64,000 nt of DNA from Clostridia bacterium (lineage in GTDB: Bacteria > Bacillota > Clostridia > Oscillospirales > CAG-272): contig JAGATA010000039.1 in assembly GCA_017621475.1 (NCBI GenBank), positions 30,108-94,107 on the forward strand. Reading direction: 5' to 3'. Of this stretch, positions 49,331-57,469 are shown piece after piece. The translations under genes and the position numbers were made by a program. The notes under the pieces were generated by a model, which had not been told where the DNA came from, did no database searches, and saw only the letters and a program-made list of their open reading frames with translations. Within the stretch, counting starts at the first letter, position 1; the number at the start of each line of letters is the position of its first letter.

Positions 49331-49847
49331 CGAAAAGAAAGGGATAACCGTCAAGATCGATGCAGAGCTTCATGCCGAGGTAAGGCAGTATTTGGAGCAG
49401 CACAGCATGACCATGGCAGACTTCGTCACGATGGCTCTGCAAGACGAGTTACATCCCAAAATTGAACAGAAAGAGGAAAAATCAATGGAAAAGATGCGTA
49501 CCTTGGCGTTTCAGGTACCGGAAGATCTGTTTCAAAAGATCAAGGATTACCTGCACCGCAACAATATGACACAGAGGCAGTTCGTCATCGGACTGATCGA
49601 AAACGAGATCGAGCGTGATCTCACCGAGCGACAGGCACAGACGGAGGCGCAAGAGCCGACCGAGGATCAGGACGAGGAAGAAACCGAGGAACTGACCGAA
49701 GATGCCGCAGAGGAAGAATATGAGGACGAGATCGAGGAATCGGAGGAAGAACTCGAAGATGAGGAATTGACCGAGGACGAGGAATCCGAGGAAGAAGAAC
49801 TCACCGAGGATGAGGAAGAAACCGAAGGAATGGTCATGAGAATGTGA
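49320..49847 (+). CDS. tandem RHH-like protein with a poly-acidic C-terminal tail
   Basis: Two RHH-like units (ITVKIDAELHAEVRQYLEQHSMTMADFVTMAL and LAFQVPEDLFQKIKDYLHRNNMTQRQFVIGLI), then about 65 residues that are almost all E/D/T with ELTED repeated three times. Confidence 0.6.
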   Translation: MPTNEKKGITVKIDAELHAEVRQYLEQHSMTMADFVTMALQDELHPKIEQKEEKSMEKMRTLAFQVPEDLFQKIKDYLHRNNMTQRQFVIGLIENEIERDLTERQAQTEAQEPTEDQDEEETEELTEDAAEEEYEDEIEESEEELEDEELTEDEESEEEELTEDEEETEGMVMRM

Positions 49848-49885
49848 GGTGATAAGACAATAACGGACGAAGGTCGTGATGCCCC

Positions 49886-51022
49886 ATGTCAAGACATGAG
49901 GCAATCCGATTTTTTGATATGTTTTCGGGGATCGGAGGATTCAGAAGCGGTCTTGAAGCTGTAGGCGGGTTTGAATGCATCGGTCATTGTGAGATCGACA
50001 GGCACGCCAACCAAGCATATAACGCAATCTATCAACCGAAAGGAGAATTTTACTGTGACGATGCACGAAAAATCAACCCCGAAACCATGCCCGACTTTGA
50101 CGTCCTCTGTGCCGGATTTCCTTGCCAAAGCTTCAGCGTTGCGGGAAAGCGGCTCGGATTCGACGATATGCGAGGCACTCTCATCTTTGAGGTTGCCCGA
50201 ATCATTGCAGCAAAACGGCCTGCATTTTTATTTTTGGAAAACGTCCCCGGCTTGCTATCGCATGACGGCGGCAGGACGCTTGATACCATCTTCTCCACGC
50301 TTGTTGAAATGGGGTATCATCTCGAATGGTGTGTGCATAACAGCAAACATTTCGGAGTCCCACAGCAACGGAGGCGATTGTATATTGTCGGATATCTTGA
50401 ACCAAGATGTGCCGGACAAATATTTCCTCTCGCCTGCGGCAATGCGCAAGCTCTCAAGCAACTTATCCCCGGACCGCAAGGACAGCGCGTCTACGAAACA
50501 GACGGAATAGCCTGCACCCAATGCGCGGGAGCAGGCGGTTGGGGCGGCAAGACAGGACTGTATTTTATAGACATGAATGTCAATCCCGTGATCACCGATC
50601 ACGCAAGGTGTATCACCGCCCGTCAGGATTCGGGCATCAGCAACCACCGAGGTGAACACTCGGCTGTGCTGATCGAGGACGAAGCTCCGAGAGCCATCCT
50701 CACTCCCGACCGAGAAACCGTCCGACAGCAAGGACGGCGCGTCAAAGAACCCGACGAGCCGATGTTCACCATCACAGCGCAAGACCGCCACGGCGTATGG
50801 CACAGAGGTCGCATCCGAAAGCTCATGCCCGTGGAATGTTGGCGGCTCCAAGGCTTTACGGACGAGCAGTTCCGCCGCGCCGAGGCGACAGGACTCAAGG
50901 ACGGACACCTATATAAAATGGCGGGCAATGCGGTCAGCGTTCCCGTCATTTCTGCTATAGGTAGAAAAATCCTTGCCTTCAACGAACAATATCAAATCAT
51001 AAAAGGAAGTGATGACCGATGA
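49886..51022 (+). CDS. dcm: DNA (cytosine-5)-methyltransferase
   Basis: Motifs I FSGIGG, IV GFPCQSFS, VI ENV, VIII QRRR and X GNAVSVPV. Confidence 0.9.
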   Translation: MSRHEAIRFFDMFSGIGGFRSGLEAVGGFECIGHCEIDRHANQAYNAIYQPKGEFYCDDARKINPETMPDFDVLCAGFPCQSFSVAGKRLGFDDMRGTLIFEVARIIAAKRPAFLFLENVPGLLSHDGGRTLDTIFSTLVEMGYHLEWCVHNSKHFGVPQQRRRLYIVGYLEPRCAGQIFPLACGNAQALKQLIPGPQGQRVYETDGIACTQCAGAGGWGGKTGLYFIDMNVNPVITDHARCITARQDSGISNHRGEHSAVLIEDEAPRAILTPDRETVRQQGRRVKEPDEPMFTITAQDRHGVWHRGRIRKLMPVECWRLQGFTDEQFRRAEATGLKDGHLYKMAGNAVSVPVISAIGRKILAFNEQYQIIKGSDDR

Positions 51023-51735
51023 ATGTAAAGGAGCGCATTGAAGCGTTCAACGAAGAAAACCGACCGTTTTATATCGTAGATCACGATGATGGGAAGTTCA
51101 GCCTCTGCCTCCCGCTTGGTTTCATCAGCGGCGAATATGAGGACTTCGGACAAAAAGCATTTGATGCCTACGCCTTGGAGATTGGAGAGCCGCCCGTCGA
51201 CAGCCGAGGATTTCAAACCCACGGCAACGGCTATGAATGGGAGGCGGCATTTTGCCAAGCCTTCGAGGGCGATCCCAACCTCCGCCGTTTTGCCTTTGAC
51301 TGCGAATCAAGCGGATTTTTTATGGATTGCGATGACCTCTCCCTGCTCGAAGAATACGGCGCGAGGTTCAGAGAGATCTGCATGGACACGGAGAGGTTTA
51401 CGACCATTGTCTCCCAAGGCATCAAACGCATGGATCAATGGCTTGCGGAGCAAGAGAAGCTGGCGAATACCGTCCGTGGCGCACTCCTTGAAAACCCAAG
51501 CTCCACCTTTGACATTATGACACCCGACGGCAATATCCGTATCACACCACAGGACACAAAGCAGCTACTCGATGGGGATATGCAATTCGTCCATATCGGC
51601 GGCGCTCAATACTGTGCCTTTGAGCTGCTCGATCAGGAGATCGCCCAAAAGCAGACCGATCTGTTCGACGAGGATCTCATCCGCATGAAAACCCAAGAAC
51701 CCGAACAGGAGCTTGGCTTCAAAATGACGATGTAA
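51019..51735 (+). CDS. hypothetical acidic protein, translationally coupled to dcm
   Basis: 238 aa. ATGA overlap with the dcm stop. No family recognised. Confidence 0.6.
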   Translation: MNVKERIEAFNEENRPFYIVDHDDGKFSLCLPLGFISGEYEDFGQKAFDAYALEIGEPPVDSRGFQTHGNGYEWEAAFCQAFEGDPNLRRFAFDCESSGFFMDCDDLSLLEEYGARFREICMDTERFTTIVSQGIKRMDQWLAEQEKLANTVRGALLENPSSTFDIMTPDGNIRITPQDTKQLLDGDMQFVHIGGAQYCAFELLDQEIAQKQTDLFDEDLIRMKTQEPEQELGFKMTM

Positions 51736-51748
51736 GGAGGTGATTCCC

Positions 51749-53020
51749 GTGGCAAAAACAATCAAGATAGAACTCGCAAAGGAGAATCCCCAAGGCGTTG
51801 GATGGTTTTATGGTTACGTGGAACTGCCTGCCGAGGAACATGAGATTCGGGATGCCTATCAGAAAGCAAGGATCACAGATAATGATAATGCCTATCACGA
51901 CATCGCCATCCTCGATTGTCCGCGTCTGCCCGAACTCACGCAGATCAGGATCGACGGCGCGACCATCGACGAGCTGAACTTCCTTGCCAAACGGCTCGAC
52001 TCGCTGACCGACGAGGAATGCGATATCCTCGAAGCGGTTGCTCCCAAAATCATTCATGGAGATGAGGAAGAACTCGTCAGCATGAAAGACCTCATCAACC
52101 TTACCTACGGACTCGATGTGTCGGTGCTTTCAAATGTCGGCAACGATATCGAGCTTGGAAAGTTTGTGATTGAAAACGATCTTCATGAGGACGTGGCGGC
52201 GATCCCCGAACAGTCCTTATATCTGATCGATCCCGCCGCAGTCGGAAGGCTTCAGCGAGGCTTGGATGACGGCGTATATGTCAATGGTAAATATATCCTT
52301 GCAGGCGAATATGAACACCCAAAGGTATATGACGGTCAGCAGCTCCCGCAGAGCGACGTGTCCACTTGGTACGCTTTCCGTTTGGAGGTCACCTATCCGC
52401 CTATCTATGAGGATGACGAGCTGAACTCCAAGACGGTATGGCTCTCGCTCCCCGCAACCGAGGATGAGATCAAAGCGGTTACCGACGAACTCAGCATGAG
52501 CGATATCCGAAGCTGTGTATATTACGCCTTTGAATCCTCCGTCCCGCAGATCGAATCCGATCACTTCGGGGATATGCAGGACTTCGACTCGCTCAACAGC
52601 CTTGCGGAGATGATGGTAGAGATGACACCCGCCGATCAGGTCAAATTCAAAGCGGTACTCTCCGCCGAAGAACCATCCAAGATCGAGGATATCCTCGACA
52701 TCGCAAGAAATCTGCATCAATATGAGCATTCGTATATGGTGGACGATTCCTCGGACTTTTTCAGAGAATATATACTCCGCCACATGGACTCCCGCCTCGA
52801 CAGCCATTGGTTCGATACGCTCCTCACAAGAAACGAGGGCGACCGACTGCTCACACGGCTCGGAGCAACAGAAACCGATTACGGTGTTATCTCTGCCCGT
52901 GGGCGTTCTCTTTATGAGCTTGTCCCCTATGAGGAACAGCAGACCGAACAAGCGCAGACCGAGGATCAGGACGAGGACTTGGAGCAAGACCGAGGCATCC
53001 AACGCCTCACGATGAAATAA
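51749..53020 (+). CDS. large acidic protein, two ArdA-like (antirestriction) repeats suspected
   Basis: GTG 51749 sits 8 nt after AGGAGG; the track start is 51740. By-eye alignment to Tn916 ArdA in both halves: GWFYGYVELP..IDELNFLAKRLDSLTDEE in the first, and LSLPATEDEIKAV..LNSLAEMMVEMTPAD in the second. Confidence 0.5.
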   Translation: MAKTIKIELAKENPQGVGWFYGYVELPAEEHEIRDAYQKARITDNDNAYHDIAILDCPRLPELTQIRIDGATIDELNFLAKRLDSLTDEECDILEAVAPKIIHGDEEELVSMKDLINLTYGLDVSVLSNVGNDIELGKFVIENDLHEDVAAIPEQSLYLIDPAAVGRLQRGLDDGVYVNGKYILAGEYEHPKVYDGQQLPQSDVSTWYAFRLEVTYPPIYEDDELNSKTVWLSLPATEDEIKAVTDELSMSDIRSCVYYAFESSVPQIESDHFGDMQDFDSLNSLAEMMVEMTPADQVKFKAVLSAEEPSKIEDILDIARNLHQYEHSYMVDDSSDFFREYILRHMDSRLDSHWFDTLLTRNEGDRLLTRLGATETDYGVISARGRSLYELVPYEEQQTEQAQTEDQDEDLEQDRGIQRLTMK

Positions 53021-53043
53021 CCGACAGAAAGGAAAAAAACAAT

Positions 53044-53190
53044 ATGGCAACACTACTTTGGTTTCTCGCCGGACTCTTGATCGGCGGGTGCATCGGCACG
53101 GTTGTCCTCTGCTGTGTGCAGATCAACCGAGCCAATCACTATGAGCGCGAAATCCGACAGCTCCGCAACCAACTCCATCAGCGTAAGTAA
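53044..53190 (+). CDS. possible 48-aa single-TM protein
   Basis: MATLLWFLAGLLIGGCIGTVVLCCVQINRANHYEREIRQLRNQLHQRK. Below the track's size cut-off. Confidence 0.35.
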   Translation: MATLLWFLAGLLIGGCIGTVVLCCVQINRANHYEREIRQLRNQLHQRK

Positions 53191-53194
53191 CCCA

Positions 53195-53238
53195 AGACGG
53201 TATCAATCGCCCCGAAACGATTGATACCGTCTTTTTTT
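53195..53238 (+). terminator. strong rho-independent terminator
   Basis: 15-bp stem AGACGGTATCAATCG/CGATTGATACCGTCT followed by T7. Confidence 0.75.
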
Positions 53239-53272
53239 GTTTCGGGAGCGATGGATACCCCACGAAAGTGAG

Positions 53273-54259
53273 GTGATCACCATTAAAACCCCCGTTTCAA
53301 GGGTGGGCAACAAATCCTCGATCCTCCATATCCTCTATGCGGTGTTTCCACCGAAATACGGCAGATTTATCGACGTGTTCGGTGGCTCGGGCAGCGTACT
53401 GCTCGGTAAGCCGGAGATACATCCCTTTGAGGTGTATAACGATTTTGATCGCAACCTCGTCAATCTGTTCCGATGCATGAAGGAGAGGACGATGGCGACG
53501 ATCCGAGAGATCGGCTTCTGCAACCTCAACTCCCGTGAGGACTTCATAGCCATAAAGAGATTTTTTGAGCATGAAGCTTTTGACGATAAGTATATGAACG
53601 AGGAACTGCAGCTAACTGAGATACTGTTCCCACCGCCCGAAGCCAAGGAGCTTGCGGAGATACGCAGGCGTATCACCGAGAATCACGACGTGCGCCGTGC
53701 CGCGATGTTCCTCAAATTGCTCCGCTACAGCTATTCAAGCGGATGCAAATCCTTTGCCTCACAGCCCTGCGACATCCGCAGGCTGTTCGCTCTCATCCGA
53801 GAACTCGAAGATCGCATGGCAAACGTAGTGATCGAGAATCAGGACTTTGAAACCCTCATCAAGCACTACGACCGCCCCGATGCCTTCTTTTATGCCGATC
53901 CGCCCTACTACTCCACAGAGGATATGTATGCGGTAGGCTTCGGATGGGAGGATCACGTGCGCCTGCGGGATACGCTTGCAGGCATCAAAGGAAAGTTTCT
54001 CTTGTCCTATAACGACTGTCCCGAAATCCGTCAGCTTTACGAGGGCTTCTCGTTTTTCGATTTTTCAAGAGCGCATTCGATGGCACAGCGTTATGAGGCA
54101 GGCAAGGAATTCAAGGAGCTTCTCATAGCCAACTACGATCTGTATGAGAGAGAGCGAGAAAAGCCGAAGCAGCTCACGCTGTTCAGCGAAGTGGACAATG
54201 AATTCAACTACGAAAAAGTATTAAAGGAGTGTATTATTTCATGCAAAATCCGAAATTGA
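53273..54259 (+). CDS. N6-adenine DNA methyltransferase (Dam/D12 class)
   Basis: VGNKSS (GGK-like), DVFGGSGSV (motif I) and FFYADPPYY (DPPY). The track start 53237 lies inside the terminator, so GTG 53273 is preferred. The start remains uncertain. Confidence 0.85.
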   Translation: MITIKTPVSRVGNKSSILHILYAVFPPKYGRFIDVFGGSGSVLLGKPEIHPFEVYNDFDRNLVNLFRCMKERTMATIREIGFCNLNSREDFIAIKRFFEHEAFDDKYMNEELQLTEILFPPPEAKELAEIRRRITENHDVRRAAMFLKLLRYSYSSGCKSFASQPCDIRRLFALIRELEDRMANVVIENQDFETLIKHYDRPDAFFYADPPYYSTEDMYAVGFGWEDHVRLRDTLAGIKGKFLLSYNDCPEIRQLYEGFSFFDFSRAHSMAQRYEAGKEFKELLIANYDLYEREREKPKQLTLFSEVDNEFNYEKVLKECIISCKIRN

Positions 54260-54459
54260 GCATTGACTGCGTTCTGCTTTCCGTCCCCGTGGAGCTGTTC
54301 GTCGAAGCAGGCATCACGGACGGCGATCTCGTGCAGCTCACGGCAGAAGAAGGAAGAATCGTCATCACAGCCGAACCCGACACAACCAACTATGTATGCG
54401 ACGGCATCTGCGAGGATTGCCCGATCAATGAAGAATGCGAAGAAAGCGAGGTGCTTTGA
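54241..54459 (+). CDS. AbrB/MazE/SpoVT-like small protein with a Cys-rich acidic tail
   Basis: SVPVELFVEAGITDGDLVQLTAEEGRIVI swapped-hairpin pattern, with C-terminus CDGICEDCPINEECEE. Confidence 0.55.
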   Translation: MQNPKLSIDCVLLSVPVELFVEAGITDGDLVQLTAEEGRIVITAEPDTTNYVCDGICEDCPINEECEESEVL

Positions 54460-54462
54460 TAT

Positions 54463-54762
54463 ATGGCCAAATTACTCCGAATCCTCGGTAAGAGAGGAAG
54501 AATCACCATCCCCTATGAGATCAGACAGAAGGTAGGCTTCGCCTATAACGACGTGCTGTCCTTCACCGAGGGCAGCGACGGCAGAACTGTCATCGTCCGC
54601 AGAGAGCGCATCTGCGACTGTGAAAAGGCAAAACCCGTAAAAAAGGACGATGAGGTCACCCTCCTCGATTTCCTCAATGGTCTCTCTCCCGAACAGCAAA
54701 GAGCCGCGCTTGTGCATCTGTCCGTGATGTGGGCAGAAAAACAGGGCGGTTTTTTTGTATAA
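54463..54762 (+). CDS. AbrB/SpoVT-domain protein
   Basis: GKRGRITIPYEIRQKVGFAYNDVLSF. Confidence 0.65.
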   Translation: MAKLLRILGKRGRITIPYEIRQKVGFAYNDVLSFTEGSDGRTVIVRRERICDCEKAKPVKKDDEVTLLDFLNGLSPEQQRAALVHLSVMWAEKQGGFFV

Positions 54763-54875
54763 AAGCATACCGAAAAAGCGAGGTGATGATAAATATGGCG
54801 CGATGCTCCCGTCCCGAATCCAAGCTAAGAACGGAGGTAACACAGCATGAACAGAAAGAGATGGAGAGGCGCATG

Positions 54876-55214
54876 ATGAAGAAAGTATATATCTGTGCGC
54901 CCCTCGGAGGCAATGTCAGCGAGAACCTCGAACTCGTCAAGACCTATACCGAATATGCCCTCAAGTGCGGAACGGCTCCTGTCGTCCCGCATTTTTACGC
55001 TCTCTGCCTCGATGACAGTATCGAAAAGGAGCGCGAGATCGGCATGGCGGCAGGGCTGAGCCTTTTGTGGTTCTGCGACGAAATGTGGATCTTCGGGGAT
55101 GAGGTGACCGAAGGTATGCAGGCAGAAATCCGCTTCTGCCAAAACCTCAATATCAAAATGAAGAAAATCCGCTACCACGAAATCAACAAAAAGATCGGAG
55201 GAAAAAGAATATGA
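54876..55214 (+). CDS. DUF4406-like (nucleoside deoxyribosyltransferase-fold) protein
   Basis: MKKVYICAPLGG...PHFY...DEMWIFG pattern. ATG 54876 lies 6 nt after GGAGAGG. Upstream in-frame starts (54795, 54861) remain possible. Confidence 0.6.
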   Translation: MKKVYICAPLGGNVSENLELVKTYTEYALKCGTAPVVPHFYALCLDDSIEKEREIGMAAGLSLLWFCDEMWIFGDEVTEGMQAEIRFCQNLNIKMKKIRYHEINKKIGGKRI

Positions 55215-55573
55215 ATAAGATCATGAAGAACAAGAAGCTCGCAAAGCTCCTCATCTGCGTGGCAATGGTCGCGCTCCTCGTTTCCATCATGTCGGTTTCC
55301 GCTTTCGCCGCGACTCCCACGGGTGACGTTGCCGGAGCCGTCGAGGACACATGGAACTCTGCCAAGGGGCAGATCAAGCAGGTGACCAACAATGTCATCT
55401 TTCCCATTGTGGACTTGATCCTTGCCATCCTTCTGTTCGTGAAGCTCGGTACGGCATACTTTGATTATCGCAAGCACGGTCAGTTTGAATTCACCGCACC
55501 TGCCATTTTGTTCGCCTGCCTTGTGTTCACGCTCACCGCACCCCTTTATATTTGGAACATCATCGGCATCTGA
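55211..55573 (+). CDS. VirB2/TrbC-like small T4SS membrane protein
   Basis: 120 aa with a signal peptide (..MSVSAFAA) and two hydrophobic helices, lying directly upstream of the VirB6-like gene. Confidence 0.55.
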   Translation: MNKIMKNKKLAKLLICVAMVALLVSIMSVSAFAATPTGDVAGAVEDTWNSAKGQIKQVTNNVIFPIVDLILAILLFVKLGTAYFDYRKHGQFEFTAPAILFACLVFTLTAPLYIWNIIGI

Positions 55574-55600
55574 TGACCGAACACACAGAGAAATATCAAG

Positions 55601-55624
55601 CCGCAGGCGGTTCGCCGCCTGCGG
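55601..55624 (+). promoter_or_regulatory. intra-operon RNA stem-loop (10-bp GC stem, UUCG loop), no T-run
   Basis: CCGCAGGCGG-TTCG-CCGCCTGCGG. Confidence 0.6.
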
Positions 55625-55643
55625 AGAACGGAGGTAAAACGAA

Positions 55644-56576
55644 ATGTTTGATTGGCTTCAAGATCTGATCGACGGGATCACCGATGCCATAGCAAACGCC
55701 TTCAGCGGGATAGGTCAGCAGATCTCAAACACGATATGGAACACGATGATGAAATGGTTTTACGAAACCATATACGGCGCGGTTGCCGACTTCTTTACGA
55801 TGATGGGCAACATGGGCGCGGAGATATTCGACCTCAAATGGGTGCAAGCCACCGTCCATCTGTTTACGCTCTTCGGATGGGCGTTGTTTATCGCAGGCGT
55901 TGTCGTTGCCATCTTCGACGTGGCAATTGAATATCAAAGCGGCAGAGCGAATATCAAAAATACCGTTCTCAATATTCTCAAGGGATTTTTTGCGTGTTCG
56001 CTGATCGGCGTTGTTCCCATAGAGCTATATCGTTTCTGCATCTCTCTGCAAAACACCTTCTCCCATGACCTCTCAAGGCTGTTTGCAAACGGTCAGTCGG
56101 TGGACATTGCCGACATGAGCCTGCGTGTGCTGACAGGAGGATTCCAAGGTGCGGCGACACAGTCAAGCCTGCTCAATATTCTTGTGCTGATTGCATTTGC
56201 GTACTGCGTGGTCAAGATATTTTTCCAAAATATCAAGCGCGGAGGCATTCTGCTCGTGCAGATGTCGGTGGGAGCGTTGTATATGTTCTCCGTACCGAGA
56301 GGATATACGGACGGCTTCGTGCAATGGATGAAGCAAGTGGCAGCGATCTGCCTCACGGCATTTATGCAGACAACCCTATTGTTCCTCGGACTCATCACCT
56401 TCCCCGGAAATATGCTCCTCGGACTCGGCATTATGCTTGCGGCTAACGAAGTGCCTCGCATTGCACAGCAGTTCGGACTCGATTCCTCGGTCAAGGTCAA
56501 TATGATGAGCGTTGTTCACGCAACCACCACGGCGGTCAATCTGACTCGCTCTGTGGCAAAAATTGCGGGCAGATAA
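55644..56576 (+). CDS. VirB6/TrbL-like polytopic T4SS protein
   Basis: 310 aa with at least 5 TM helices, in the T4SS operon position. Confidence 0.6.
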   Translation: MFDWLQDLIDGITDAIANAFSGIGQQISNTIWNTMMKWFYETIYGAVADFFTMMGNMGAEIFDLKWVQATVHLFTLFGWALFIAGVVVAIFDVAIEYQSGRANIKNTVLNILKGFFACSLIGVVPIELYRFCISLQNTFSHDLSRLFANGQSVDIADMSLRVLTGGFQGAATQSSLLNILVLIAFAYCVVKIFFQNIKRGGILLVQMSVGALYMFSVPRGYTDGFVQWMKQVAAICLTAFMQTTLLFLGLITFPGNMLLGLGIMLAANEVPRIAQQFGLDSSVKVNMMSVVHATTTAVNLTRSVAKIAGR

Positions 56577-56587
56577 GGAGGCAAGCT

Positions 56588-56848
56588 ATGACAAGATTTT
56601 TGTACCCGCAGAACCTCAAGGCCAAGGCAAATATGTGGCTTTGGGGAATGCGGGATTTTATTATTCTCGCCATCGGCGCACTGCTCTCGGTAGTGGCGGC
56701 GGTGGAGCTTGGATGGCTGATTCCCGGAGCAGCAACCCTCTGCTTCGGATTCCTCACCATCCGCAAGGATGATATGACCATCCTTGACTTTATCAAATAC
56801 GCCGTGCGGTACTTCATATCCGCACAGCAATATTACGAATGGAGGTGA
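56588..56848 (+). CDS. PrgI/VirB3-like small T4SS membrane protein
   Basis: 86 aa with 2 TM helices, immediately before VirB4. Confidence 0.6.
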   Translation: MTRFLYPQNLKAKANMWLWGMRDFIILAIGALLSVVAAVELGWLIPGAATLCFGFLTIRKDDMTILDFIKYAVRYFISAQQYYEWR

Positions 56849-56854
56849 CCGACT

Positions 56855-57469
56855 GTGGCAAAGAAGAAAACGCAGTCAAAAACTGCCCCGCAGACAAAGA
56901 AAAAAGGCGCGTCGGTGCAGGATCTCATCGGCATCAAGACCTTCACCGATTACGGCATCGTCACAAACCGTGGCGAGCTGTTATATTACCTCGTAACCCC
57001 CACCAACATCTCGGTGCTGTCGGCGGCGAATATTGAGAATAAGATTAGGCAACTCAAACTCGTCCTCTCCACCGAAACCGACATTGAGATCACCGTCACC
57101 GACTCCTCGGAGTGCTTCGATGACAACAAGCTCTACCTCATGGACAGGATCGAGCAAGAGCCGAATCTCAAGGTCAGGAGCCTGCTCGAAAAGGACATCA
57201 CCTTCCTCGATGCGGTGCAGATGGAGATGTCGACGGCGCGACAGTTTATCTTTACGGCACGATGCCGTAACCTCAAGCCGTCTCAGGTGTTCAAGAGAGC
57301 CAACGAGATCGAAAAGACCATCTCCGAGCAGGGCTTCGAGGTTCACCGTATGAAAAAACAAGAGATCAAGAGATTCCTCGCTCTGTATTTTGAGGCATCC
57401 ATGCAGGGCGAGCTGATGTCGGATGCCGACGGCATTCAGTATCTCGACGAAGAAGGAGGCGATGCGTAA
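56855..57469 (+). CDS. VirB4 N-terminal-domain-like protein (separate ORF)
   Basis: 204 aa. SVQDLIGIKTFTDYGIVTNRGELLYYLVTPTNISVLS resembles the N-terminus of single-chain Gram-positive VirB4 ATPases. TAATG overlap with the next ORF. Confidence 0.6.
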   Translation: MAKKKTQSKTAPQTKKKGASVQDLIGIKTFTDYGIVTNRGELLYYLVTPTNISVLSAANIENKIRQLKLVLSTETDIEITVTDSSECFDDNKLYLMDRIEQEPNLKVRSLLEKDITFLDAVQMEMSTARQFIFTARCRNLKPSQVFKRANEIEKTISEQGFEVHRMKKQEIKRFLALYFEASMQGELMSDADGIQYLDEEGGDA

